Assembly: GCF_018350175.1 (NCBI RefSeq)
Contig: NC_058368.1
Coordinates: 23,376,001-23,440,000, forward strand
DNA: 64,000 bases
DNA from: Felis catus
Taxonomy: Eukaryota
Direction: 5' to 3'
A model generated the notes under the pieces. It worked only from the letters and a program-made list of their open reading frames with translations, was not told the DNA's origin and ran no database searches. Each line of letters begins with the position of its first letter. The stretch's first letter is position 1. A program made the position numbers and the translations under genes. Shown piece after piece: positions 12,281-23,805 of this stretch.

Positions 12281-12594
12281 CAGCTCCACAATCCCTTATG
12301 GACATTTCTGAAACCCCCAAACCTCACGAAATTGAATTCTTTTTTCCATAATCCATCTGGCAGCAAAACTTGAACTGATGTGAGTCTATTTATCTATATC
12401 CTTTATTTATATTATTTAGTGTGACTCTTCATGTGTTTTGCTTAAAAAAAAATTGAGATGTTGTCCCAGACCCCGCTGGAGATGTTATACAATGTTGTTG
12501 ATTATGCACCAGATTTCCTTCCTAAAATCCCCAAAATTCAGAATATGAGAACACGTGTGGCACCAAGGGGTTGGTATTAGAGTCTGGGGACCTG
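12281..12594. mobile_element. Non-autonomous Tigger (Tigger16b-like) DNA transposon
   Basis: Degenerate TIRs CAGCTCCACAATCCCTTA ... GTCTGGGGACCTG. Internal CCCAGACCCCGCTGG recalled from consensus. Confidence 0.7.
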
Positions 12595-13160
12595 TGATTG
12601 TTAAATGCTTCTCTCTGTGGAGGAGAGCCTTCTTTCTCTGGCACCTGATATGTCCTAGGATGAGGACTCAGGCTACGTTGTTTCTGCTTAGCGCAAAGAA
12701 CTTTTGTAAATAGCCGCCTCAACCTGGCTTTCCCTGGAGCGTGGGGTTTTTCATCTTTCCAGTGGAGATCCTATAGTTTCCTTAGGCTTTTTGAATAAAT
12801 AATTTTCCTTCTCCACTGTTAAGTGTTGCCTTGCCAAGGACTTATTCCTGCTTCCTATTACAGAGATTAATTCTTCCCAAATTTCTCCTTGTAGATATTG
12901 GTTAATCCTGGTGCAGTTTGGTTTGTTTTTTTCAGGGCTCTAATTAGTCTGTGTCCTACTTGTGTGCAGGGGACTCCATTTGAAATAATAGGTATAGGGC
13001 CACCCAGGAGTCTGACTCCAAAACAGGGAGATTCCCTTCTGTGGTCTTAATGTGTTTTATTTTAATTTTATTTATTTTGTTTTTAGGTATCATATTCCAT
13101 TTTATTTTACTCACAATGTATTCCTTCTTCTCCTTAGGTAAAAATAAATTTATACAACTA

Positions 13161-13478
13161 ATTTTTTAAAAATTTAAATCTAAGTTAGTTAGCATATAGT
13201 GTAATAATGATTTCAGGAACAGAATTCAGTGATTTATCACTTCCATGTAACACCCCGTGCTCATCCCAACAAGTGTCCTCCTTAATGCCCATCACCCATT
13301 TAGCCCATCCCCCCTATCCAACACCTCCCCAGCAACCCTCAGTTTGTTCTCTGTATTTAAGAGTCTCTTATGGTCTGTCTCCCTCTCTGTTTTTATATTA
13401 TTTTTGTTTCCCTTCCCTAATATTCATTTGTTTTGTATCTTAAATTCCATATATGAGTGAAATCATATGATATTTGTT
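13161..13478 (-). mobile_element. Carnivore L1 (L1_Carn-type) 3' end
   Basis: AACACCCCGTGCTCATCCCAACAAGTGTCCTCCTTAATGCCCATCACCCA...TTCCATATATGAGTGAAATCATA. Confidence 0.9.
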
Positions 13479-14635
13479 ACAAGTGTTTGTAAATAGAGTT
13501 GACCCCTTATCCTCTCATCCCCGGCCACAATTTCTTCCTATAGATGAGCATTAGCTTGTTTAAAGTTTGACCTTAACAAGTGTCAAGTTCTCTTCTTTTG
13601 ATAATATGAGCTCACATCTGCCCTTCTGGGCAGTCAGTTGGCTCACTTGAGAGGGACAGAATGACATGAGTGGTCCTCGTTCCTGTGAACTTTGAGGCCA
13701 GGGGTGGGGGTAGAGCCCTACTGCGTCTTTGACATCTGAGATATAAATCACTCACTGGAGGGAATGGTAGCTTCTTCAGGGGGCTTGAGGAGGCTTTTTA
13801 GAGGTCTGCAGCATTGAATTCAGATACTTCTGTGTGGTAGACACTTGCCTGGACCAGAGGAGGACACGGGACCTATGCAGTAGGTCCTACATGGACTCAC
13901 CATATAAGAATCAAAGAGAAAGGTCGGAAGGCTTTAGTTTTCTAAGAGACATCCAGGAATGAAAAACTAGTATTCAGAGCAGCGAGTACATTTGTAATAT
14001 TTTTTGTTAGCATTGTCTGTTTCCGACCCACAATACTTAGGAGGAAAGCTGGCAAAAAGAAAAGCTAGTGTGATTATTTTGAGGGATAGCATTTGAGAAT
14101 TCTTTTTACTGTTTGAAATCTTCCCTTTCGTCCCATTAAAAAAATTTGCCCTCACATGCAATTCTTTGTAGAAAATTTAGAAAATATGGCCTACTTATAG
14201 AAGAAAAGAAAAATTCCATTATCTTGCTGCCTAGAAATGACCATTTTTAATCATTCCGGTATATGCCCTTAATGACTCTTTTCTAAGCCTATTTAAAAAC
14301 CTCAGAGGATTGATATACTTGTAGGCATATAGTGTATGTCTGTGCATGAAGCATACAGACTGATCAACAATTTTGTAATGGCTTTTAGATTTGAAAATAC
14401 ATCAATTCATCTCTTTGTGTTTCAGGAAGTTTACTCAAATTCCATCATTTTATTCTGATTCTAGTCCTAAAGAAGGGCCTAAAAAAATGGAGTGGATGGT
14501 AGTGGTTCTGGAGAGGTGCAGTGTCAAAGAAAAATTGCACTCAACAAAGGTACAGGCAAGGAAGACTGTATTCAAGACTATAGCAATAGGGGAGAGAGAT
14601 TGAAAGCAATTCCATTGAAACCGAAGATGGGACTT

Positions 14636-16032
14636 TTTATGTATGTGTGTGTGTATGTATGTATTTGTGAGGTACAGTTAACATACAGTCCTATATTAGT
14701 TTTAGGTGTGTATAACATATTGATTCAACAATTTTATACACTGCTCAGTGCTCACCATGATAAATATAGTCACCATACAATGTTATTGACCATACATTAT
14801 TGACTATATTCCCTATGCTGTAGTTTTCATCTCCTCAATTTATTTTATATCGGTTTTGCCCCCCTGCCCACCTCCCCTACGGCAACCACCAGTTTGTTCT
14901 CTGTATTTAAAAGTCTGTTTGTTCATTCATTTGTGTTTTAGATTCTACATATAAGTGAAATCATATGGCATTTATCTTTGTCTGATTTATCTCATTTAGC
15001 ATAATACCATCTAGGTCCATCCATGTTGTCACAAATGGCAAGATCTCATTCTTTTTTATGGCTGAGCAATATTCCACTATATATATTATATATACATACG
15101 CGCACACACACACACACACACACATGTACACATGACCTCTTCTTTATCTATCAGTGGACACTTGGGTTACATCCATATCTTGGCTATGATAAATAATGCT
15201 GCAATAAACATAGGGATGCATATATCCCTTTGAATTAGTGTTTTTCTTTTCTTTCAGGAGATACCCAGTAGTGGAATTATTGGATTGTATGGTATTTTTA
15301 TTTTTAAGTTTTTGAGGAGACTCCATACTGTCTTCCACAGTGGCTGCACCAATTTACATTCCCACCAACAGAGCACATGTGTTCCCTTTTCCCTACATCC
15401 TCACCAACACTTGTTATTTTTTACTTGTTTTTTGATACTGGGCATTCTGAGGTGTAGGGTAATATCTCCTATGGTTTTGATTTGCATTTCTCTGATGATG
15501 AGTGATGTTGAGCATCTTGTCATGTGCCTGTTGGCCATCAGTATTGTCTTCTTTGGAAAAATGTCTATTCAGGTCTTCTGCCATGTTTTAATCAGAGTGT
15601 TTGGTTTTTTGATTCTTTAGAGATTTGAGATTGTTAGCCTCTTATTGGATATATGATTTGCTAATATCTTTTCCCATTCAGTAGGTTCCCTTTTCATTTT
15701 GTTGATGGTTTCCTTAAATGTGCAAACGTTTTTTATTTTGATATCGCCCCAACAGTTTATTTTTGTTTTTCTTTCCCTTGCCTGAGGAGACATATCCATA
15801 ACTGTGTTGCTAAAGCTGATATTCAGGAGATTGCTACCACCTATGTTTTCTTCTAGGGGTTTTATGGTTTCAGGTCTCATATATTTAGGTCTTTAATCTA
15901 TTTTGAGTTTATTTTTGTGTATGGTGTAAGAAAGTGATCTAGTTTTATTCTTTTACAGATAGCTTCTTAGTTTTCCCATCACAATTTATAGAAAAGACTG
16001 CCTTTTCCCCATTGTATATTCTGGCATCCTTT
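14636..16032 (-). mobile_element. Carnivore L1 (L1_Carn/L1MA9-like) 3' UTR and ORF2 end
   Basis: Minus-strand ORF remnants 15617-15880 (KETINKMKREPTEWEKILANHISNK) match the L1 ORF2 C-terminal region. Confidence 0.93.
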
Positions 16033-16041
16033 GGGGGAGAA

Positions 16042-16260
16042 TTTTTTTAAAAAAATTTAATGTTTATTTTTTATTTTTGAGAGAGAGACAGAGCATGAAT
16101 GGAGGAGGGGCAGAGAGAGAGGGAGATACAGAATCTGAAGCAGGCTCCAGGCTCTGACCCGTCATCACAGAGCCTGACGCGGGGCTTGAACCCACAAACC
16201 ATGAGATAATGACCTGAACTGAAGTCGGACGCTTAACCGACTGACCCACCCAGGTGCCCC
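16042..16260 (-). mobile_element. Can-SINE
   Basis: Antisense full-length SINEC ending CCCAGGTGCCCC. Confidence 0.95.
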
Positions 16261-16265
16261 GAAGG

Positions 16266-16480
16266 TTTTTTTAATGCTTATTTGAGAGAGAGAGAGAGAG
16301 AGAGAGAGCGTGCGCGCACAAGGAGGGGGCAGGCAGAGAAAGAGAGACACAGAATCCGAAGCAGGCTCCAGGCTCTGAGCGGTCAGCACAGAGCCTGATG
16401 TGGGGCTCAAACTCATGAACTGTGAGATCATGACCTGAGCCAAAGGTGGATGTTTAACTGACCGAGCCACCCAGGCTCCC
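16266..16480 (-). mobile_element. Can-SINE, tandem with the previous one
   Basis: Antisense SINEC with (GA)n, ending CCCAGGCTCCC. Confidence 0.95.
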
Positions 16481-17414
16481 TGAGGAAGGATTTTTAAGTG
16501 TTAGAGTGAGCTAGTGAGGGAGACCTAATGATATTATGCAGGAGCTGGGTCTATGTGATTAGGTCTTCAGTGTTTGCTAATTGACACTTTACTGAAGTTA
16601 GACCCCTATCCTCTCACAGAGACTGGGAGATAGGGTTGTTATCTTCCTTGACGATTGCAATTCCTGATCCTTGAGAAAGACTTTCCTGAGTTGTAAACCT
16701 GGCAAGAGCCTGAGAGATTTTATCTCCATGGGGCAGAGAAAGAATTCACAATTGCAAGTTTTCAAAAGTAAATGTTCTAAGAAAAGGGAAGTCAGGGTAC
16801 CATAGTCAGGAAGAAACCAAGTAAAGTTTAGTCAGGCTTAGGGGAACATTAGGACCATCTTGGTGAGTGGAAAGTGGTGGCAAGCTGGCTGAGACCCTGG
16901 CAGACTTTGGAAGAAAGAGATATCTTCAGGACCTGATCAGCAGGGGCTTAGAACACGATCTCCCCTGTGCCAAGAAGAGTGTCAATAAGTAAGTAGCTTA
17001 GTGCATTTTAAATTGCATTTACATTAATTTATAAAGAAGAAACCCATTTGTATCTCTTTCCAAAAAAAAAAAAAACAAAAAAAAAAAAAAAACCAACAGT
17101 TCTGTCCCTAATGGACTTTGAAAATACAGGCCCTTTTACTGACAGCAATCTTTTAGTGGAGTAATGTATTCTGTTGTGAAAATTAATTTTTGAGCTTGAA
17201 ACGAGATGCTAAGTGATTTTCAGCACAAGGGATGGTTATGTTAGATATAGAGGGACTGACAGAAAACAAAATGTTCTTTCAGTGTTTCATGTTTGGGACT
17301 ACCTGAAAACCAGATCTCTGGTCACTGTTACTGGTGGTTACTCTTCAAAGTGTGTATGTTTACAACTCTTACTTCACAAGAATGTATTGTAATGCATGTA
17401 TGTATGTATGTAAT

Positions 17415-17662
17415 GTAAGCATAATGTTCTCAAGTTTCATCAATATTGTAGCCCATGGCAGAATTTCCTTCTTTTTGAAGGCTGAATACTATTTCATCGT
17501 ATGTACCTACCACATTTTCTCTGTCCATTCATCTCTCAACGGACTGGTAGTTTGCTTCCACATTTCGGCTGTTGTGAATAATGCTGCAGTGGACATCAGA
17601 GTGCAGACAGCTCTAGGAGATTCTGTGTTCAGTTCTTTTGGATAAATACTTTAAGTGGGATT
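17415..17662 (-). mobile_element. L1M fragment
   Basis: GAATTTCCTTCTTTTTGAAGGCTGAATA...GTGAATAATGCTGCAGTGGACAT. Confidence 0.85.
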
Positions 17663-17889
17663 TCCGGAGAGGAAAACAACACAGGAGGCTGATGAATAGG
17701 TTTTGAAATCATTTTAATTTTTGCTTCCTATAAGTAGTTTCTGATCAAAATGCCTTTGGTCAGTAGAAAAAGACTCATAAAGAATTTAATACCATGGGAA
17801 GGTAGGTGGAAGCATCTTGGCGTGAGAAAAACAGATGTTTTAAATATCGGGCGATTTCCTTTCCCTCCTCCCCAGCCTCGTCCCGTGGG

Positions 17890-18250
17890 AGGCAGCCTAG
17901 CGGTGTGGGAAGAGGAAAGAAAGCTCCGAGGCCCGGATTTCTACAGGCTCAGGGCTAGTCCTCAAGGGGTGCCCGGCTTCTAAATTTGTTTATGAAATGT
18001 GTGCATGGAGAAGTCTGTAGCTATCACCAGATGCTCAGAGAAGTCCATGGCTCAGAAGGAGCTGAGAACCACTGCTTTAGAGACCGGCTGTCTTGCTCTG
18101 TCTGGTACACACTGTGTGGCCTTGGATAAGTGGCTTGACCTTGGGGACTCAGTTTCCTCATCTCAGCATGTCTTTGGATGAGGATGAACATCTCACAGGT
18201 GTGGTATAAAGGCTAAGTAAGATGAGAACAGAAAGTATTCTGGCATTTAG
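17890..18250 (+). mobile_element. MIR interrupted by a MER103-like hAT element (~17950-18074)
   Basis: MIR head GCAGCCTAGCGGTGTGGGAAGAG and core CTTGGATAAGTGGCTTGACC...CTCAGTTTCCTCATCT. Insert ends GAGAACCACTG. Confidence 0.6.
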
Positions 18251-19016
18251 AGGCTTAATAATGGTTTCTTTTCTTTTCTTTTTTTCTTTTCTTTTTTTTT
18301 TTTCCTTCCTTCCCAAGCTCGTCAGAACAGAGCCTCTCTCTGGAGGATTAGGCAACAGTGGGTTCTGCTCTGAGCTCATCCTAAGAAATGTTTAGGCTAA
18401 GTAATTTCAAAGTTACAGGAAGAAGAATCCCCAATAATTTAAAATTTAATACCCTTTGCTGCTGCGATCACTTACCATAAGCAGCAACAAAAGCCCTGGA
18501 GAAGTGCCTCCAGCTGGGATTCATTCTGGGAAGCATTTCCTAAGTTTAGGCCAGCGCAGGGAAGACACCCAACGCAAGGTCACACGGGGCCCCACCTGGG
18601 AAGACCCTCAAAGCAGGGCATGCCTCACACTTGCTAATGAGGGACAGTGGGGGCTGCAGGAGTCCAGTGAGCTTCCTGGGGGAGGCAGAAACCAACTACT
18701 GGTTAGTTTAGACTCCAGGCAAATCTTTTCTGTTTATTTTATGATCACGAGCTCAGTTTTGTTGTTGTGTCTCAGAGGGGAGCTAATTAAAGATGTTAAG
18801 TGAAACAGCAGTATGGACCTTCGTAACAGTTGAATGGGGTGCGGGAGCCGTTTCCACTTGGGAAGAAAGGACTCTTAAATCCATATTAGGACCCTCTCAC
18901 TTCCCTTTTTAGCAAAATCACTGTTTTAGGTAAAATTGCAAGTGTGAAATTATACAGAGATGATCTGGCAGTTTGTTTGACTTTTTTCTTTCCCTCTCAT
19001 TTATTTTGCATTTCAG

Positions 19017-19136
19017 ATAACCAACTAGTGCGTGAGGATAAAAAGAGGATTCCGTGTCCTTTGCCTCCTATCTACCGTGGAGGATGTGTGAAATGAAGTG
19101 CTAACATGAGGGCACTGGAGAAACTTCCAGGGAAAC
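19017..19136 (+). other. Candidate 120-nt exon (no through-going open frame)
   Basis: Branch-like TTGAC (18977-18981), long pyrimidine tract, TTTCAG acceptor, AAC|GTAAGC donor, in non-repeat sequence. Confidence 0.4.
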
Positions 19137-19199
19137 GTAAGCGCAAACTCAGCTAGTGGAAAGGCACAGTGAGCATTTTGTGTTACAGATTCTTCCTTG

Positions 19200-19395
19200 C
19201 TCAAAATTTAACTATTTATACATGCTCTATAAATACTGTATTATAAATTATAAATACACTATATATTTCCTATGTGTAGTATATATTATAAATATATTTA
19301 TATTTATATTATATATATTATTTATATAAATTAATTATAAACATGCATTTTCCATGGATTATATGTATCATATATTACATGTAGTTTTAACATAA
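19200..19395. repeat. AT-rich low-complexity tract
   Basis: TATA/ATAT-rich, nearly devoid of G/C. Confidence 0.8.
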
Positions 19396-19399
19396 AAAC

Positions 19400-19570
19400 A
19401 TTTTTTTAAATGCTAGTTTTGAGAGACAGAGCATGAGTGGGGAAGGGAGCAGAGAGAGAGAGAGAGACACAAAATCTGAAGCAGGCTCCAGGCTTTGAGC
19501 TGTCAGCACAGAGCCCAATGCGGGGCTCAAACAAACCATGAGATCATGACTTGAGCCACCCTCGTGCCCC
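19400..19570 (-). mobile_element. Can-SINE with internal deletion
   Basis: Antisense SINEC. TSD core AGTTTTAAC at 19383-19391 and 19571-19579. Confidence 0.9.
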
Positions 19571-19829
19571 AGTTTTAACTTTTATCATATATTCAATATT
19601 ATATAGATTTGTTACATATATAATCAAATTAAAAACTGCTACCTTCTCCCATCAAGCCATGTATGTGGTTTGAAGCCTTTGGAAGTCACCCCCACAAAGA
19701 TCTGGAAGGAAGCTAATTTGCGCATGGTCACAGAATCCCTCAGGGCAATTCTCTAAACATGCTCACAATTTGACATGTATTTTTTCTATCTTGACGGCCA
19801 GCAGGTATTTCTTAAGGAAAAAAATGCTT

Positions 19830-19995
19830 TCACATGACAAACTTCCTTGCATAGGTGTGAGTCACATTGTGTTATCTTAAATTGCCCTGGTGAGTTAAAT
19901 AATGTGTTGTCACTGAGCAGAATTTTCACTTTCCTCGGGGGCTGGAAATTGGCCAGGTGCTCATTGAATAGGGATATTGGGGATATTTTCCCCTC
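19830..19995. promoter_or_regulatory. Candidate enhancer motif cluster (E-box, ETS, AP-1, IRF)
   Basis: TCACATGA 19830-37, ACTTCCT 19841-47, TGAGTCA 19858-64, TTTCACTTTC 19924-33. Motif matches only. Confidence 0.3.
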
Positions 19996-20614
19996 ATTAT
20001 TAGAATGACAATGAATCCATCTAAGATTCTCATCTGAAAGGTGAGGTCTCTCAACTAATGAGTTTTTTTCCTGAGATAGTAGACATAGCTAAAATTTTAG
20101 GAACCTCTTAGAACTGAAATATTGTTTAGCTTTCCCTCAACAAAGAGTCTGCAATTATAAATAAATCATTTGTTAATCTTGTAACGGTAGTATTTAATTC
20201 TATGTGGAAACATCCTGTGGCAACTCATTTGTGTTTGATGTTCTCTCAGGACATTCCATAGATTCTGATCATGCGCTGTGTTTATGAACCTTCTTTACAA
20301 AATACAGCCTCGAGCTGAGCAATTAAGATTTTAATTTTATGCAACTTGATTGCTCTCCTTCACTTAAAAGAAGTGAATAAATGCATACATTGAAGAGAAA
20401 CGTTATTAACCTTTTCTTTGTTTATCAGGCTTGCATAGCTTGCATCAAAATACATAATGTGACAGATTAGCTTATTGTTATGCACTGGGTATTTCCTCTA
20501 TAATTTTATTGATAGTGCTTTGCATACAGCAGGTGCTCAGTATTTCTTATAAATTTATTACAATATGTACCAATATTGCCTTGTTGATCTTACGCCAGCA
20601 CCACCTGATTTTTC

Positions 20615-21682
20615 ATTAAAATTTTCTTTTATAACAGCTTTACTAAAAATTGATTCACACACTATAAAATTCACCTATTTAACGAGTACAAGTCAATGGT
20701 TTTTAGTATATTCACCGTCGTGCAACCGTCAACAGTACCTAATTTTAGACTATTTTTGTCAAATCCTGTACTCATTAGCAGTCACTCTTCATATCCCTCC
20801 AAACTCTTTAAGCCAAAGGCAACCACTCATCTACTCTGTCTCTTTATTTGCCTCTTCTGGATATTTCTTATAAATGAGGTCATACAATAGGTGGTTGGCT
20901 TCTTTCACTTAGCATAGTGTGTTCAAGATTTATCCATGTTGTAGCCTGTATCATTACTTCATTTCTTTTTATTGCCAAATTCGACTCCATTTTATGCATA
21001 CATCACATTCTGTTGATCATTCGTTTGATGGACATTTAATTTGCTTTCACTTTTTGACTATTATGAATAATGCTGCTCTGAACATTCGTATGCAGGTTTT
21101 TGTGTGGACACATTTTTCATTTCTCTTGGGTACATATCTAGCAGTGGAATTGTTAGGTCATATGGTAATTCTATGTATAACTTTTTGAGGAAATGCCAGA
21201 TGGTTTCTAAAGTGACTGCACCATTTGCAATACCAGTGACAGTGTTTGAGAGTTCCAATTTCTCCACATGCTCCCTAACACTTGTTACTATCTTTCTTTT
21301 TGATCATAGCCATCTTAATGGATATGGAATGATATCTCACTGTGTTTTTTGATTTGTATTTCCCGGATGGCTAATATATGTTGAACATCATTTTGTGTGC
21401 TTATTGGTCACTTGTTCATCTCCTTTGAAGAAATGTTTATTCAAATCCTTTGTCCAATTATTAGTAGGTTGCCTGTCTCTTTTTATTATGGAATTATAAG
21501 ATCTCTTTATTATAATCTATATATGTCTCGCCATATATACGATTTGCGTATAGTTTCTCCCAGTTTCAGTGGGTTGTTGTTCTGCTTTCTGGATGGTGTC
21601 CTTGGAAGCTCAAAAGTTCTGAATTTTGACTGAGTCCAATTTCTTAATGTTTTCTTTTGTTTCCTGCGCTTTTGGTATTTCA
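20615..21682 (-). mobile_element. L1MB-like 3' UTR and ORF2 end
   Basis: Minus ORF 21061-21267 (FLKKLYIELPYDLTIPLLDMYPREMK) is the L1 ORF2 C-terminus. Confidence 0.92.
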
Positions 21683-21884
21683 TTTTAACACACCATAGAG
21701 ATTATCTATGGGAGATCATCTTAGAAGGAATACTTCTTGGATGTGTAATAATTAACTCCCACTTTCATGGGAGTTCAAACAGAGCTGTCTTTAGCACTGA
21801 GCCTAAGTAAAAATGGGATGTAGATGATGCTTGTTTTCAGCACCCCCTTTCTGCCCCTCACTGGTACACTTTCTGCACCTGCCA

Positions 21885-22336
21885 TTTAGTAGATGTCTTT
21901 GGCATCCTACATCACATCCCTTCACTCACTGCTGATTTTCAGCCATGGCTGCCAGGGACAGTTCCATGTGAGGTCAGGTGCCCCTAGAGTACAAAACACT
22001 CACTTAGGGTGAGGCCAGCATGTCTTTATACTTTTGGCTCTAGGGTCTTTTATGAGAGCAGAAGCCCACAGTACAATCAGAAAAACAGATTTGTTGTCCT
22101 AGAGGAGTCCTTATCCAATGGGGGAAGGGAGACTGTGGATAATTCTTTAATCTCCATTCCTTTAGGCAGAAACAATTCTGGGAGGTGAGAAGACCCCAGC
22201 AGAACAGAACCCTCTACTTGTATTTTCTGCCTCATTGTTTTGCTCCCTTTTTTTTCCTGCACCCTGGGAGAGTCTCTTGAATAGGGTCCCTGACACCATG
22301 TCCTTCCTGCTTTTGAGAGAACCCAAACTAAAGCAT
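21885..22336 (+). mobile_element. ERVL LTR16-like relic
   Basis: CCTTATCCAATGGGGGAAGGGAGACTGTGGATAA...TGCTTTTGAGAGAACCCAAACTAAAGCA end. Confidence 0.6.
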
Positions 22337-23157
22337 TCATGATGGACCTCCTTTATGCTGCCTCTGGTATCTTGTGCTCTCTCCCATCTCCTGAGCTATC
22401 TTTGAAAAATCTTATGGGAACCTAATCTACACCCTTCCTAAGTTTCTGTGTCTCAATAAGTCTTTTGTATTTTGTGTCTAATTTCTTCTGAGCCCAGTCA
22501 GGTGGTTGTATAGCTAACCTGATGGAGCAATTTTAGTCAAGGAGTTGTGTGCCACTAATAGTTTCGCCTCTGTGTCTTCTGGGAACACTTGCATTTTAAA
22601 GAGTAACTTTGGTGAATTTCCTCTAAGCAAGAACTCCTAAGAATAGATGGAGGGAGTTGTTCTAGTAACAGCAACACTTCTCTCCTTCCCAGATCACATC
22701 CTGAAGGTGACTGTCTTCTGTCACATTTGAGACGATCGTGTGTCGACTATTTCCCCAATTAATATTGTATTGTATCTTTGCTGCAGACAGTGGCTAAATT
22801 ATAAATGTTATATCTAAGTGTAGACTTAAGATACTGCTTTGTAATGAGTTAAGTTGGCTTGAAAGAAACATAAATGTGGGGATGTTTTGAGGGCCAGAAG
22901 AGAGATGCTATCGCAAGGTTCCAGGAAGAGATTGGAATAGGTACACTAAAGAAAAAGAATAAAGGTAGAAACAAGAAACAATAAGGGATAAAGTGCACAA
23001 AGGATAGGGCAAAATAGTCACTTGGAACATATTTTTGGATGGGTAAAGTCCACAATAAAGGTTTGTTGAATGAATAAATGCTTGAATAAACAATTTTTCC
23101 TTTTATACCAGAGAAGAGTATACATGTATCATGTTTACCATGGTCCTTGTACCATGA

Positions 23158-23690
23158 TGTGATGGTTTTAAAAATATGTCTACAAATTCTTTGATATTCC
23201 TCCCTTCAAGAGCTGGAGACTAATTCCCCTCCCCTTGAGTGTGTGCTGTATTTGGTGACTTCTAGGGAATAGATTGAAGTGGAAGTGATAGTGTACAACT
23301 TTGGGGAACTGGTCATGCAAAGGCACTGTGGCTTCTGTCTTGGTTATTCCCTTTCAAATTGTTCATCTGGGGGGAAGCCCATGGCTGTGCTGCTCTATGG
23401 AAAGGCTCACCCGGTGTGGAACTAAAGCCTCCAGACAATGGCCACGTGAGCGAGCTTGGACGTGGATCTTCAGCTTCAGCTAAGCTTTCAGATCACTGAA
23501 GCCTGAATCTCTTTCCGCCAGAAGATTCACTGAAACCTCATGATAGCCACTGAGCTAGAGGAATCTAACTAGACTACTTCTGGATTCCTGACCCTTTGAC
23601 ACCTTGTGAGATAATAAATACTTGTTGTTTTAAACTGTTGAACTATAAGTTTTAGGATAATTTATACACAACAATAGATAAATAATATAC
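23158..23690 (+). mobile_element. MaLR solo LTR (MLT1F-like)
   Basis: TGTGATGGTTTTAAAAATATGTCTACAAATTCTTTGA...TGTGAGATAATAAATACTTGTTGTTTTAA. Homologous to 50267-51021. Confidence 0.85.
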
Positions 23691-23714
23691 ATGGAAAGAT
23701 ATCAATGAATGGTA

Positions 23715-23805
23715 GTGGTGGTCATGGTTGTGATCATAAAGATGATGAAGAAGATGAAGAAGAAGATAATGATGAAGATGATGAAAGTGGAAGAGGAGGA
23801 GGAGG
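23715..23805. repeat. Degenerate (GAT/GAA/GGA) trinucleotide tract
   Basis: GATGATGAAGAAGATGAAGAAGAAGAT...GGAGGAGGA. Confidence 0.85.

Larger units (their letters stand above)
14522..16866 (-). mobile_element. ERV1-type solo LTR (MER67/MER31-like) split by L1 and SINEs; LTR parts ~14522-14635 and ~16481-16866
   Basis: TGTCAAAGAAAAATTGCAC...ATTCAAGACTATAGCAATAGGGGAGAGAG, and GTTTGCTAATTG...AAAGTTTAGTCAGGCT...CATCTTGGT. Confidence 0.7.
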
